Notes under the pieces: generated by a model | What the model was told of the DNA's origin: nothing | The model's input: only the letters and a program-made list of their open reading frames with translations | The model's database searches: none | Made by a program: the position numbers and the translations under genes | Source: Thermodesulfobacteriota bacterium | Lineage (GTDB): Bacteria; Desulfobacterota; Desulfarculia; JACQYL01 | DNA: 64,000 nucleotides | Direction of reading: 5' to 3' | Assembly (NCBI GenBank): GCA_963675595.2 | Contig: CAXXLZ010000002.1 | Coordinates: forward strand, 800,001 to 864,000 | In this document: positions 1-10,326 of the stretch, one piece after another | How the letters are laid out: each line of letters opens with the position of its first letter | How positions within the stretch are numbered: the first letter of the stretch is position 1

Positions 1-8
1 AAAAGGAC

Positions 9-1970
9 GTGGACGCCGTGGCGAACCTGTCCGACATAATCTGGCAAATCCTCGAAAAGAGACGTACCGAGGAAGAACTCGAGCAAAGCGAGGCGCTTTT
101 CAGAAACCTTTTCCAAGGCCATGCCGCCGTCAAATTGATCATTGATCCGGAAACAGGTGAAATCATCGACGCCAACCAAGCGGCCGAGAAATACTACGGG
201 TGGCCGAGAGAAACACTTCGGCAAATGAGAGTTCATGACCTGAACACCCTCTCCGCGCAAGAGGTGGAGCTAGAAATAGAGAAAGCGAGAAACCTGCAAA
301 GGGTCTATTTCGAGTTTCGCCATCGCCGCGCCGACGGTTCGATTCGCGACGTGGAAGTCTTCAGCAGCAAAATCCGGGTCAGAGACAGAGACCTGCTCCA
401 CTCCGTAGTCCATGACGTCACGGAACGGAGGCGATTCGAAAAGACATTGAAAGAGAGCGAGAGAAAATACCGGGACCTTTTTGAAAACGCTCCCATCGGT
501 ATCTTCACTACCGATTCGAAAGGACGTGCTCTTTCCTGCAACAAAGCCATGGCCCGCATCTTGGGCTTTGGATCGCCTCAAGAGGCCGTTGAACGCTTCA
601 CCGATCTGCAGTCCCAACTATACGTTACTCCAAGCCGCAGAGACCGGTTTCTTGAACTCCTGCGCGAAAAAGGCCAGGTGGAGAACTTCGAGTATCAGGC
701 ACGCACGGCCGACGGTAGGACCGCATGGCTGACTATGAACGCCCGAATCGCCTCGCGTCCCGAGGATGGTTCCTTTGTAATTGAAGGCTTCACCACGGAC
801 ATCTCCGAGCAACGCGATCTCGAAGAACAGATTCAGCAATCCCATAAGATGGAATCCGTCGGGAGACTGGCCGGGGGCGTGGCCCATGACTACAATAACA
901 TGCTGAGCGTCATCCTGGGTTACACCGAATTGGCCATGGCCGGCGTAGATCCGGACGAGCCGCTGTATGGAGACCTCCGAGAGATATACAACGCCGCACG
1001 GCGCTCCACGCAAATCACCAGACAGTTACTCGCCTTCGCACGCAAACAGACCATCAATCCCAAAGTGCTCAGTCTGAACGATACGGTGGAAGGTATGCTC
1101 AAAATGCTTCGGAGGCTCATCGGAGAAGACATTGATCTGGCCTGGTTGCCCAAAGCGGGAGCGTGGCGGGTGAGGATGGACCCGGCCCAGGTCGATCAAA
1201 TTCTGGCGAACCTTTGCGTCAATGCCCGGGACGCCATCGGAGGGGTGGGAAAACTCACCATCGAAACGGACAATGTAACGTTCGACAAGGCCTATTGCAG
1301 AGATCACGCGGGATTCGCTCCGGGTGATTTCGTGATGCTGGCCGTAAGCGACGACGGTTGCGGCATGGCCCAGGAAACACTCTCAACCATATTTGAACCG
1401 TTCTTCACGACAAAGGACGCTAGCCGAGGCACCGGCCTGGGTCTGGCCACGGTCTACGGCATCGTCAAACAGAACGACGGTTTTATCAACGTCTACAGCG
1501 AACTCGGAAAAGGCACGACTTTCAAAATCTACCTGCCGCGTCATATAGGTACGGGGGAAGAAACCCGAACCGCATCGCCGACGGAAACGCCCCTCGGGCG
1601 AGGTGAAACCTTGCTGCTGGTGGAGGACGAACCGGCCATCATGAAAATGGGTCAAACCATGCTGGAAAAGATGGGATACCGGATACTGACCGCCGGCACC
1701 CCGAGCGATGCCATGCGCTTGGCAAGGGAATTCAAGGAAGGCATTCATCTCCTCATCACGGACGTGGTAATGCCTGAGATGAACGGACGGGATTTGGCCG
1801 ACGGGCTTATCACCATCTATCCCGGCCTTAAGGTATTGTTCATGTCCGGTTACACCGCCAACGTAATCGCCCACCACGGCGTGCTGGAAGAGGGAGTGAA
1901 CTTCATCCAGAAGCCTTTCTGCGCCAAAGAGTTGGCGTTCAAGGTCCGGGGAGCGTTGGACGGCAACTGA
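9..1970 (+). CDS. PAS-PAS hybrid sensor histidine kinase/response regulator (probably 5'-truncated by the window edge)
   Basis: Two PAS/PAC repeats, H-box AGGVAHDYNN, HATPase motifs (NLCVNARDA, DDGCGM, FFTTK, GTGLGL), C-terminal REC (LLVEDE, ITDVVMP, KPF). Frame is open to the window start. Confidence 0.95.
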   Translation: MDAVANLSDIIWQILEKRRTEEELEQSEALFRNLFQGHAAVKLIIDPETGEIIDANQAAEKYYGWPRETLRQMRVHDLNTLSAQEVELEIEKARNLQRVYFEFRHRRADGSIRDVEVFSSKIRVRDRDLLHSVVHDVTERRRFEKTLKESERKYRDLFENAPIGIFTTDSKGRALSCNKAMARILGFGSPQEAVERFTDLQSQLYVTPSRRDRFLELLREKGQVENFEYQARTADGRTAWLTMNARIASRPEDGSFVIEGFTTDISEQRDLEEQIQQSHKMESVGRLAGGVAHDYNNMLSVILGYTELAMAGVDPDEPLYGDLREIYNAARRSTQITRQLLAFARKQTINPKVLSLNDTVEGMLKMLRRLIGEDIDLAWLPKAGAWRVRMDPAQVDQILANLCVNARDAIGGVGKLTIETDNVTFDKAYCRDHAGFAPGDFVMLAVSDDGCGMAQETLSTIFEPFFTTKDASRGTGLGLATVYGIVKQNDGFINVYSELGKGTTFKIYLPRHIGTGEETRTASPTETPLGRGETLLLVEDEPAIMKMGQTMLEKMGYRILTAGTPSDAMRLAREFKEGIHLLITDVVMPEMNGRDLADGLITIYPGLKVLFMSGYTANVIAHHGVLEEGVNFIQKPFCAKELAFKVRGALDGN

Positions 1971-2003
1971 ACCGGCCCGAAACAACGCTCCGGACAGCCG
2001 ACT

Positions 2004-2042
2004 GCGAAAAGGAACCCCGCCGACGGCGGGGTTCCTTTTCGC
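2004..2042. terminator. Bidirectional intrinsic terminator
   Basis: Perfect hairpin GCGAAAAGGAACCCCGCC-GAC-GGCGGGGTTCCTTTTCGC between convergent genes. Confidence 0.9.
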
Positions 2043-2051
2043 GCGAATCAA

Positions 2052-4067
2052 TCATGAAGAGTAGAGCCTGCGATCCTCTTTCCGCTCCGGGGGAATCACC
2101 CGGTCGGGTCCGGCTTCTTGAGGTTCGAAGGAGCCCATCCGTTTCGCATCGCCGTTGCCTCTCCCGCTCCACGCCATGGTCTTTCCATCACGCGCTGGGA
2201 GTCGGTCCGGTCTTTCCCTGGTTTGAAGAGCCGACCGGCCGTTTGTGCGCTGAGAGCCTTGGACCAGGGCCCCCAATTCCGACACGTAACTCTTCATACT
2301 CTCCGCTTGGGAGTTCATCTGTTCCGACGCGGAAGCCGTCTCTTCCGCATTTCCGGCGTTCCGCTGTACTACCTTGTCCATCTCGGCTACGGCTTTGTTC
2401 ACCTGATCGATCCCCAAGGCTTGTTCTTTGGACGCCTCTGCGATTTCGCCCACCAGGTGGGCGGCCTTTGACGCTCCGGCCGCCACTTGGTCGAAGGCTT
2501 CATCCGTTCTAGCCACGAGATCCACCCCATCCTTGACCTTGTTTCCCGTATCGTCGATGAGGTCCGTGGTGTCTTGGGCCGCCTGTGCCGCCCGCAGTGC
2601 GAGGCTGCGCACTTCTTCCGCCACCACCGCGAACCCGGCGCCGGCTTCCCCGGCCCGAGCCGCTTCAACCGCGGCATTCAACGCCAGCAAATTGGTCTGA
2701 AAAGCGATCTCGTCGATGGTTTTGATGATCTTCGACGTTTCTTCACTAGCTTTGGCGATCTTGTCCATGGAATCGGTAAGCTCGGACATGGATTGGTTGG
2801 CGCTACTCACGATCCTCCCCACGTCTTCCATGAGCCGTTCGGCCTGTGCGGCGTTGTCCGCGTTCTGCTTGGTCATGGAAGACATCTCCTCAAGGGATGA
2901 AGAACTCTCCTCCACGGCCGCCGCCTGCTCCGAGGCTCCTTCGGCCAATTGACGGCCGGCGGCGGAGACCTGCCCGGAGGCGGACGCCACCTGATCGGCT
3001 CCGTCGTTCAGCCCCGACATCAAACGATTCAGCGGTTTGGTGATGGAAAGACTGAGAAAAACTCCCAGGAGCAATGCTGCGACGAATCCCACCATCATGC
3101 CCGACAGGCTGATGAGCTGAGCGTAGGTCCCGGCTTCCTCGGCGTCCCGGGTGGCCTCCGCCACGAGGCCTCGGTTGATCTCCACAATACGGCCGAGCAC
3201 GTTGGTCACCGCCATTTGCTTGTCCCGCAACGTCTCCATAGCCTGATGGTTGCCGGCCAGGTACAGGTTCTCCGCCACGGCGGCCTGTTCCAAAAGCGTA
3301 TCAAAACCCTCGAAAACCTTTTCGGCCGCAGGGCCCATTCTTTCCCGCAATTCACGCACCGCCGCGTCGGTATCTCCCTCCTTCATGAGCTGCCTGATTT
3401 TGGGCACGGCATGGTGGAAATCATCGTGATGCGCGGCCATCCGCCGAATGGCGGATTGAATGGCCGGATTCGTCGTCTTGAGGGAGTCGATCCACTTGCC
3501 GAATGCGCACTGGTGAGGGTCTTCCCCTCCTTCGAAAGTAACACCGGTAAGCATTAGATTGTTCACATCACCCATGAGTTTGTAGTGGTCCCCCCTGAAT
3601 CTTTCCAAATCACGCCGAAGCGCCGTGGGATTCAGTATGCCGATCTTCTCAAGTTCCTTGGCCCGACCCAGAAACAGATCGTTTTCCTTGAGCCAATCGT
3701 CCACGGCCTTAAGAAGCTCTTTCCCGGCCTCCACTTCCTCTGCGCCGCTTGCCGGCAGCGCTTCGTAGGCCCCCAGAGCCCGGGTAAGACCGTCTCTCGC
3801 TCGATCCATATTCTTATACTGGCGTCCCCGCGCTTCAGGCTTCAAAACGGGATTCAACAACGTTCTCTGAGCCACTCGCAGCTTCTCCATCTCCAGCTCG
3901 GATTCGACGAGATTGCATATTACGGGCAACCTCACCTTGGAGATGTCGTCCATATGGTGAGTAAGGGTCCTTGCGCCGTTCCACCCTATGAAACCCACCA
4001 CCAGGCAGATGCCGGCTACAATCAGGAAACCGCCGACCAGTTTGACGCTCAGCTTCATGTTCCTCAT
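2052..4067 (-). CDS. Methyl-accepting chemotaxis protein with a CZB (zinc-binding) domain
   Basis: TM1 near N-terminus, CZB motif HQCAFGKW...HHDDFHH, TM2, signalling tip [34 protein letters not shown]. Confidence 0.95.
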   Translation of the reverse strand: MRNMKLSVKLVGGFLIVAGICLVVGFIGWNGARTLTHHMDDISKVRLPVICNLVESELEMEKLRVAQRTLLNPVLKPEARGRQYKNMDRARDGLTRALGAYEALPASGAEEVEAGKELLKAVDDWLKENDLFLGRAKELEKIGILNPTALRRDLERFRGDHYKLMGDVNNLMLTGVTFEGGEDPHQCAFGKWIDSLKTTNPAIQSAIRRMAAHHDDFHHAVPKIRQLMKEGDTDAAVRELRERMGPAAEKVFEGFDTLLEQAAVAENLYLAGNHQAMETLRDKQMAVTNVLGRIVEINRGLVAEATRDAEEAGTYAQLISLSGMMVGFVAALLLGVFLSLSITKPLNRLMSGLNDGADQVASASGQVSAAGRQLAEGASEQAAAVEESSSSLEEMSSMTKQNADNAAQAERLMEDVGRIVSSANQSMSELTDSMDKIAKASEETSKIIKTIDEIAFQTNLLALNAAVEAARAGEAGAGFAVVAEEVRSLALRAAQAAQDTTDLIDDTGNKVKDGVDLVARTDEAFDQVAAGASKAAHLVGEIAEASKEQALGIDQVNKAVAEMDKVVQRNAGNAEETASASEQMNSQAESMKSYVSELGALVQGSQRTNGRSALQTRERPDRLPARDGKTMAWSGRGNGDAKRMGSFEPQEAGPDRVIPPERKEDRRLYSS

Positions 4068-4709
4068 GGTGCTTACCCTCCATTTGTCTATATATGACCC
4101 AAGGGCCGTGAGATTCTCCCTCGGGAGTTTCAGGTGCGCGTCAGCCCCCTTTCCTTCGCGTTGTGGGCGAATCTTGGTTCGCCAAGGTCGGGGAGCCGCA
4201 CGCTTCGTCCGCGCTCAGCGGCACGGACCGGTTCCGGGTGGGAAAGCCGAGAGTGGAAGACCACCCACCTGCGAGATCGAAGTTCCGGCCTTTCGTTTCC
4301 TCAGTTTCGGTGAAGCACGGAGACCGAGGAAGCAGCCTCCGGGGGTACCCGTTCGAACCAATCTCCATGGTTTCGGTTCGGCACTCGATTCCCTCCATCC
4401 GGGTGAAAACCGGACGATTCAGGGGGGAAGTCTCATGTTCGTGACCCGAACCCATCCGACGACGGCCCGCCCCGACTACAAAAGCATAGTCCGGCAAGGA
4501 GGTTGAACATGATTCAATGTTCTCTTTAATCCCTTTAAGTAAATATCGTTAATCCATCCAATTCCCGCCATCACCAATAACCTATGGCAGGCAAAATACA
4601 TCAAGTCCACAAGCACAGCCGGCATTTTAAATGATAAACATATTCAATTACCGATATATAACTTCTTAGGATGCCTTACATACCATTTAGTTAACCATAA
4701 TCACACTCC

Positions 4710-4722
4710 TATCAAATGATTA
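4710..4722 (+). promoter_or_regulatory. IHF-like binding site in an AT-rich intergenic tract
   Basis: TATCAAATGATTA matches WATCAANNNNTTR exactly. Confidence 0.4.
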
Positions 4723-5138
4723 ACTGCATACAACAGCTACATTTAATAGTACGCAACAGACTACTTTGTCATATTTAATCAACACAAATATATGGATATG
4801 ATTAACATATAATGCTTCATATCTCCATTACATTTTTGTTAATAATTATACATATATTTCAATTATTATGTATCATAAATCCAATACCAATCACCGTTCG
4901 TTGTGATAATATCCAATAGCCTGTGACCTATCTCTTGTTCACTATCCGTTTACCCGACTCCCGATGAGATCACTTCCTTTCATTTTTCCTTAGAGATGTG
5001 CGCCGGCGTTACGATTGATGCGGCGGCGAAGCACGAAAGCGGACACACCGCGGCCGCAGCCGGTCCATCAAAAATCGAGATGGAATCCCACAGGGTCCAT
5101 AATTTAGACTGATTCGACCTTGTTCCGCAATTCACAAA

Positions 5139-5192
5139 TTCATGGCGATTCCTCATGAAATTCATGAGTTCGGGCTGTGGATTTCATGAGTT
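5139..5192. repeat. Three TTCATG direct repeats at 22-bp period, with an overlapping palindrome; candidate operator
   Basis: TTCATG at 5139, 5161, 5183; CTCATGAA-A-TTCATGAG palindrome at 5152-5168. Confidence 0.45.
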
Positions 5193-6374
5193 ATGTGAAA
5201 ACGTGTTTACGGAAAGATACCGAGAGATCAGCCTCCCCGGAAACGCCTTGGACCTCTTGGAAGGCCTCCGACACCCTTCGGCACCAAAGACGGGTGTGCG
5301 CCTGAACTCCAATCGGGACCACGGCGAGTCAACGGGACATACGGCTCTGCAACCGAACCCGAATCCCGCGGAATGATCCGCCTCCCCAGGGTCGTCGAAT
5401 CCTGGAAAATTCCGATCTCACCGGGGTGCGGGCGAACGCTTCTCCGGAAGCCTATCCGCGTTGAATGATTCGGGGGCTGCTCTTGGTGTTCACTCCATCG
5501 GCACGGATTGGGGCGCGTGGGCTCTTCTTCCCGGATGCCGACGTGCTTTCTCCGGTGGGTGAACATTGCGACCTTGCTTCAACGGCCCCTTGAGAAGCGG
5601 GGCCGGACTGCTTAAGATCGGGGGCTGCTCAAAGCCCATGGAGGGCGGAGAGATGCAGGCAGTCTCCGGCGCATCAAAGACGATTTGATGCTCCCGATGG
5701 GTGATTATCTTAAGCCGAACGGCTCACGGACCGCAAGCGGTGAAATCGTCAATTCTGCATGACACCGGGGAACTGTTTGTCAAGAGCCGCTTGAAGCGGG
5801 AAAAGATCAACTTTCTCGGAGTGTACGGCCGCCCGCCTTTTCCAGGTACACGCACGGTGGAAGCAACGCCTGAACGACGGAGAATCGTTCCGGCTCCCAT
5901 GCCGCCGGAACTCATGTTCATCTCGTCTCGTCCTACGAAGTCCTCTCCTGACCCATTCGATAGACGCTCCATCCAACGATCTAATGATTTGACGTTTTGC
6001 CGGGCTTCGGCCGGTCTGTGTGCTCTTTGAGGATTCCAAAGGTTTACAGTCATGCTTGGAGAGGTTAGTTTCTTTGTAACATTCTTTTGTTTAGATACCT
6101 ATAGGAGAAGGAGGCATTTTCAACGCGGCAAACCTCGCAGGGCGCGGGGGGGGCGGGTGTAAAGAGCCGGGCATGACCACGGCAGACGGAACGGCTTCCC
6201 TCCGCGCCTCACGTTTAAAACGACTCTGAGGCCGATCAATACGTCGGAGCATTCCGATCAAGACTCGAATGGAGGGTTTTGGTCCTGTTCCTTAGGGGAT
6301 AAGAAAAGGCGAAAACGATTCGCGAGGAAGCTCCGGGAAAAAGCACGTGTTGTTCAAGTGGCGATACGGAGGGA

Positions 6375-7379
6375 ATGAAAATGAGACGGATCATCACGAG
6401 AATTGTAGTCTTTCTGTGGGTGCTTTCTTTCGCCGCCCTTGCCGCCGCTGAATTGCCCGAAGGGCGAATCGCGCACTACACCTTTGACGACACCAACAAG
6501 GACATCCTCGGCATCAGTGACGATATGATCCTGGAAAATACGGCTTACGTGAACAACACGCTCTATCTGAACGGGCTCTATTTTTCCGAGGATGACTATG
6601 AAGCCCAGGCCACGATCCAGGATTTCTACTACAATGAATTCACCGTGCACGTGGATTTCCTGCCCTTGGAAGGTGATGAGACCCAGACCGGCTTCCTGAC
6701 GGGAGGCCGCAATTACCGATGGATCGGGTTCTATTTCACCGATACCGACTTGATTCTCTATTTGAACAACAAAGCATTCACCCATACCTTCTTGGGGGTC
6801 GTTGTTGAACGAAACCAATGGCACAAGATTATCTGTGCATTCGACCTGGGTGAAAAGACCGTCGTCACCATGTTGGACGGCGTACTTCTGGAGACGGTGA
6901 ATTTACCCGACGACTTCACTTTGAACGTAATCGGTTCGCCGGGAGACGTCACCGACCGACGCTTTCTCTTCACCAACTACGGCAACGGAGGGACCTTCTT
7001 GGGTTACGTGGACAATCTCATCGTTTTCGACCGCGCTCTCTCGCAAGATGAGATCGCCGACGTCAACGACGCGTACGCGGGGAATAACATTCCCAACAAC
7101 GGCATCTGGAAGTCCGCGGATAACCTGCTCAGCGTGTATCTGCAGAAATACTTGGAGGGATCGGCCGTCGTCATTGCGACCCTGGGTGACGGTAATCACA
7201 CCGTGTTTCTGGATCCGGACTACACCGACGGGATTCAGGTCGACAACGACCTGTACGGCGGCGGATATACCTTGAACATGAACTTCAGCTCCCCGGTGGA
7301 GGGAGACATTATGGTGGATCTGCCCGGCGAAAATGGGCTTTTCAAGAACCTCGACTTGGTTTTCGGCGACTTGCCGTGA
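6375..7379 (+). CDS. Secreted LamG-like jellyroll protein with an uncharacterised C-terminal domain
   Basis: Signal peptide (..ALAAA), IAHYTFD, NQWHKI, FLGYVDNLIVFDRALSQDEI (LamG_3-like), followed by the GIWK...FLDPD domain. Confidence 0.8.
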   Translation: MKMRRIITRIVVFLWVLSFAALAAAELPEGRIAHYTFDDTNKDILGISDDMILENTAYVNNTLYLNGLYFSEDDYEAQATIQDFYYNEFTVHVDFLPLEGDETQTGFLTGGRNYRWIGFYFTDTDLILYLNNKAFTHTFLGVVVERNQWHKIICAFDLGEKTVVTMLDGVLLETVNLPDDFTLNVIGSPGDVTDRRFLFTNYGNGGTFLGYVDNLIVFDRALSQDEIADVNDAYAGNNIPNNGIWKSADNLLSVYLQKYLEGSAVVIATLGDGNHTVFLDPDYTDGIQVDNDLYGGGYTLNMNFSSPVEGDIMVDLPGENGLFKNLDLVFGDLP

Positions 7380-7400
7380 CCTCGACCGTCAAAGTACACA

Positions 7401-7440
7401 CTCTTCGGGAGCCCCGAGCCTTCGGGGTTCCCGGAGTTTC
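7401..7440 (+). terminator. Probable terminator hairpin
   Basis: CGGGAGCCCCGA-GCCT-TCGGGGTTCCCG just after the stop codon; short T tail. Confidence 0.55.
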
Positions 7441-7495
7441 GAATGCCCCTTGAGCACGATCCCCCCACCGATTCACCGTCGATTCCCATGTCCGA

Positions 7496-7581
7496 CAGGC
7501 CGTTGAAAAAGCATGGGGCGAAAGAGGCGCGAACCACGAGAAACGAAGCGCAACGCCAAAGATCGTCTTTTTCAATCGTCG
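7496..7581. mobile_element. Internally deleted MITE copy (same family as 61338-61461)
   Basis: Ends CAGGCCGTTGAAAAAG / CTTTTTCAATCGTC; internal GAAGCGCAACGCC..AGATCG shared with the 61 kb element. Confidence 0.65.
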
Positions 7582-8252
7582 GTCAGGCGTCGTCGAACCG
7601 CCGGACCGGTGAGCTCCTCCAGAGCGGATACTGCAATCCAACGTGCGCTCGTCGTCCCGGCCATGTGAAGTTCCCGTGCAACCTCGATCGCCTCCCCGTT
7701 AAGGGCCGCGTTCCGTTTGCCGATCTGCCGAAGTGCCCAACAGACCGCTTTCTTGACGAAATTCCGCGAGTCGGACGCCTCTCGAGTGATCACCGGCAGG
7801 AAAGCCTTGAATGTTTCGTCGGAAGCCGTCTTGTCGTGAACCGCCAGACAGGCGATCAAAACGAAACCAGCTCTTTTGACGAACTCTTCAGGGCGCAAGG
7901 CCCACTCCACGGCCAATTCGCGAGCCCAGGGAAGTTTTCGAAACAAATTATTGCAGCACTGGTCGCAAACGTCCCAGGAGTCAAAGGTCCGCACCCATCG
8001 CTCCGCCTGCTCCTTTGTGACGCAATGGGGTCGCTCGACCAGGGACGCCAGTATCCGGGCTTCGTGAACGCCCGAGTCCCAAAGCCCCAACGCGGTATCG
8101 TGATTCGGACCGATCTTTTTGGCCGCGTCCCTCAACTTCGGTATGGAAACTCCGAGGGTACCCCGGGGGTTGATCCCGTACCTCGCCATTCCGGAGACGG
8201 CCTTGGGATCGGCCGACGCCCTGAGTCCTTCAAGAATGCGCTCAACGTTCAT
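7572..8252 (-). CDS. DNA alkylation repair protein (AlkD-like HEAT-repeat family)
   Basis: LGVSIPKLR, HEARILA, FDSWDVCDQCC, EEFVKRAGF, RNFVKKAVCWALRQIGKRN. Confidence 0.9.
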   Translation of the reverse strand: MNVERILEGLRASADPKAVSGMARYGINPRGTLGVSIPKLRDAAKKIGPNHDTALGLWDSGVHEARILASLVERPHCVTKEQAERWVRTFDSWDVCDQCCNNLFRKLPWARELAVEWALRPEEFVKRAGFVLIACLAVHDKTASDETFKAFLPVITREASDSRNFVKKAVCWALRQIGKRNAALNGEAIEVARELHMAGTTSARWIAVSALEELTGPAVRRRLTDD

Positions 8253-8631
8253 CGGTCATCTCCATGAAAGAACCTTTCCCGAAGCTTCCCGGTCTCCCCT
8301 CCAATTTCCCTTCCGGTACGCGCCCCCTTTCTCGGTTCCGCAGCGGAGCGTCATCAATACCGGACATCAAAAGAATGAACCCGACGATACCTCTCCTCGA
8401 TCGGCAACACGGGAAGAAGCGCAAGAAATCGCCGCAAAATACAGCTTCCGCCTGATTTCGTTTTCTTTCATAACTTGAGATCCTTGTCGGAAACGGGGCA
8501 TGGACTTTGGAAATCCACTCGTCCGTTTGCCTCGTGCGCGAGCGAGGCGGGTCGACTTGCACCGATCGGAGCCCCCGGCCGGAGGTTGGTGCGGGACATG
8601 AGGCAACTCTTGCACAAAAAGGAGCAATACC

Positions 8632-9444
8632 ATGAGACGATTATGGATATTTTTCATCGTTGTTTCATTCGCTTTGGGAATCGTGCGTGCGGATGCGGCC
8701 GCCCCCGATATCAAAGGAAAGGACGTTTCCTACGAGGCCGGTGGTGTGAAGATGACGGGGTACTTGGCTTATGACGAGAGTGTCCTGGGAGAGCGGCCCG
8801 GAGTGCTCGTGGTGCACGAATGGTGGGGGCTGAACGATTATGCCCGCAGGCGGGCGCGCATGTTGGCGGAACTGGGATACGCCGCTCTGGCGGTGGACAT
8901 GTACGGCGGAGGTCGGACGGCGAGGCATCCCGACGATGCCCGAAAGTTTTCCTCGGAGGTGATGAAGAATTTCGACACGGCAAAGGCTCGCTTTATCGCC
9001 GCTCTGGATTTCCTGAAAAAACAACCCATGGTGGACCCATCCAGGATCGCCGCCGTCGGCTATTGCTTTGGGGGAGGAGTGGTTCTGAACATGGCCCGGC
9101 AGGGAGTGGACCTGAAAGGGGTGGCGAGCTTTCACGGTACTCTGACTCCCGTGGAACCCGCCAAGCCGGGTTCCATCAAGGCCAAGATATTGGTGCTCAA
9201 CGGTGCGGATGATAAATTCGTTCCGCGGGAGCAGGTTCAAGCTTTCAAGCAAGAGATGAGGGCCGCCGGAGCGGATTTCAAGTTCGTCGATTATCCCGGC
9301 GCCCTCCACAGTTTCACCAATCCCGGCGCGGACGAATACGGAAGGAAATTCGGATTACCCCTGGCTTATGACGCGGAGGCCGATAAACAATCCTGGAACG
9401 AATTGAAGCTGTTTCTCAGAAAAGTCTTTGCCGGCTCGAAGTAG
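8632..9444 (+). CDS. Dienelactone hydrolase family protein, secreted
   Basis: VHEWWGLN, nucleophile motif GYCFGG, catalytic His in GALHSFTNP, signal peptide. Confidence 0.92.
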   Translation: MRRLWIFFIVVSFALGIVRADAAAPDIKGKDVSYEAGGVKMTGYLAYDESVLGERPGVLVVHEWWGLNDYARRRARMLAELGYAALAVDMYGGGRTARHPDDARKFSSEVMKNFDTAKARFIAALDFLKKQPMVDPSRIAAVGYCFGGGVVLNMARQGVDLKGVASFHGTLTPVEPAKPGSIKAKILVLNGADDKFVPREQVQAFKQEMRAAGADFKFVDYPGALHSFTNPGADEYGRKFGLPLAYDAEADKQSWNELKLFLRKVFAGSK

Positions 9445-9590
9445 AGGCACGGGACCATAAGAAAGCCGCCACGTTCCCGTCGGTCCGGGTCCGACGTGCC
9501 CGGCTCCCGTGTCCCCTAATCGAGCCCCCTCTTCTCATTGCCCGGGGTCGTCTCGCGCACGTCATAGTGCCGCTCGGCGAGCCCGTCATC

Positions 9591-10022
9591 TCACGCGTTA
9601 GGTTTGCCGGCGAGTTTGGCCTCCGCTTTGGTGCTGAATTTGGGTTCGTAAATCACGAACCGCTCATGGATGCCTTCGGATATTTTGTCCACTCCGTCGT
9701 CCGCAACGATGGAAAAGACAAGTTTACGCCCCTCCACCTTTTCCAATGTAGCCCGAACGGCCACGGTCAACCCGGGAGGTGTGGGCGCCAGATGGCTGAC
9801 ATTGATACCGATGCCCACCGTCTGTTCGTTGGGCCAATCCAGGTGGGGATTCAACGCCTGGATGCAGGTCCATTCCATCAATCCAACCATGAAACCCGTG
9901 GCAAAGACGTTGGGCATCTGCTGGAATTCAGGTGATTCCCGATATAAAAATCGGACGGTCTTGTCGTCGGGAACTTGGTACTGAAACTCGTGAGTCAGAC
10001 CCGGCCGCAGAGAATCCTTCAT
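9591..10022 (-). CDS. Fluoroacetyl-CoA thioesterase (FlK-like hotdog thioesterase)
   Basis: VFATGFMVGLMEWTC, TVGIGINVSHLAPTPPG, ISEGIHERFVI; start moved to MKDSLRPG behind a GGAG RBS. Confidence 0.88.
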   Translation of the reverse strand: MKDSLRPGLTHEFQYQVPDDKTVRFLYRESPEFQQMPNVFATGFMVGLMEWTCIQALNPHLDWPNEQTVGIGINVSHLAPTPPGLTVAVRATLEKVEGRKLVFSIVADDGVDKISEGIHERFVIYEPKFSTKAEAKLAGKPNA

Positions 10023-10326
10023 CTTCCACTCCTTTCGCGGTTTGCCCGATGCTGTAAGGTGATGAACGATCATCCGAGCGACTATTCGTCGGTCGAAAAA
10101 AAGCTGAACAAAAAACCGACTTGACTCTTCCGCTGAAGGCGGCTCCATTGATCGGATATGGCCTCGCCTCTCCGCTGAGCCCCAATCAGTCCAACGATGA
10201 GCTCGGACTTGCATGGTAGGATTTGAGGCGCTCCATTATTCCGGAGAGCGGACCCGCAGTATCGTTTTAGAGCCCACAGGGAGAGGTTCGTAAAATATTC
10301 CCCTTTTTGCCGTCTCGTCCGGTAGT

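Noticed and set aside
6125-6200. GGCAAACC..GGGCG..AAAG in the long leader of the LamG gene, resembling a third c-di-GMP-I riboswitch
   Set aside because: Lacks the GACG[CG]AAAGC junction, a GNRA-capped P2 and the GGTTGCC 3' strand; at best a decayed relic
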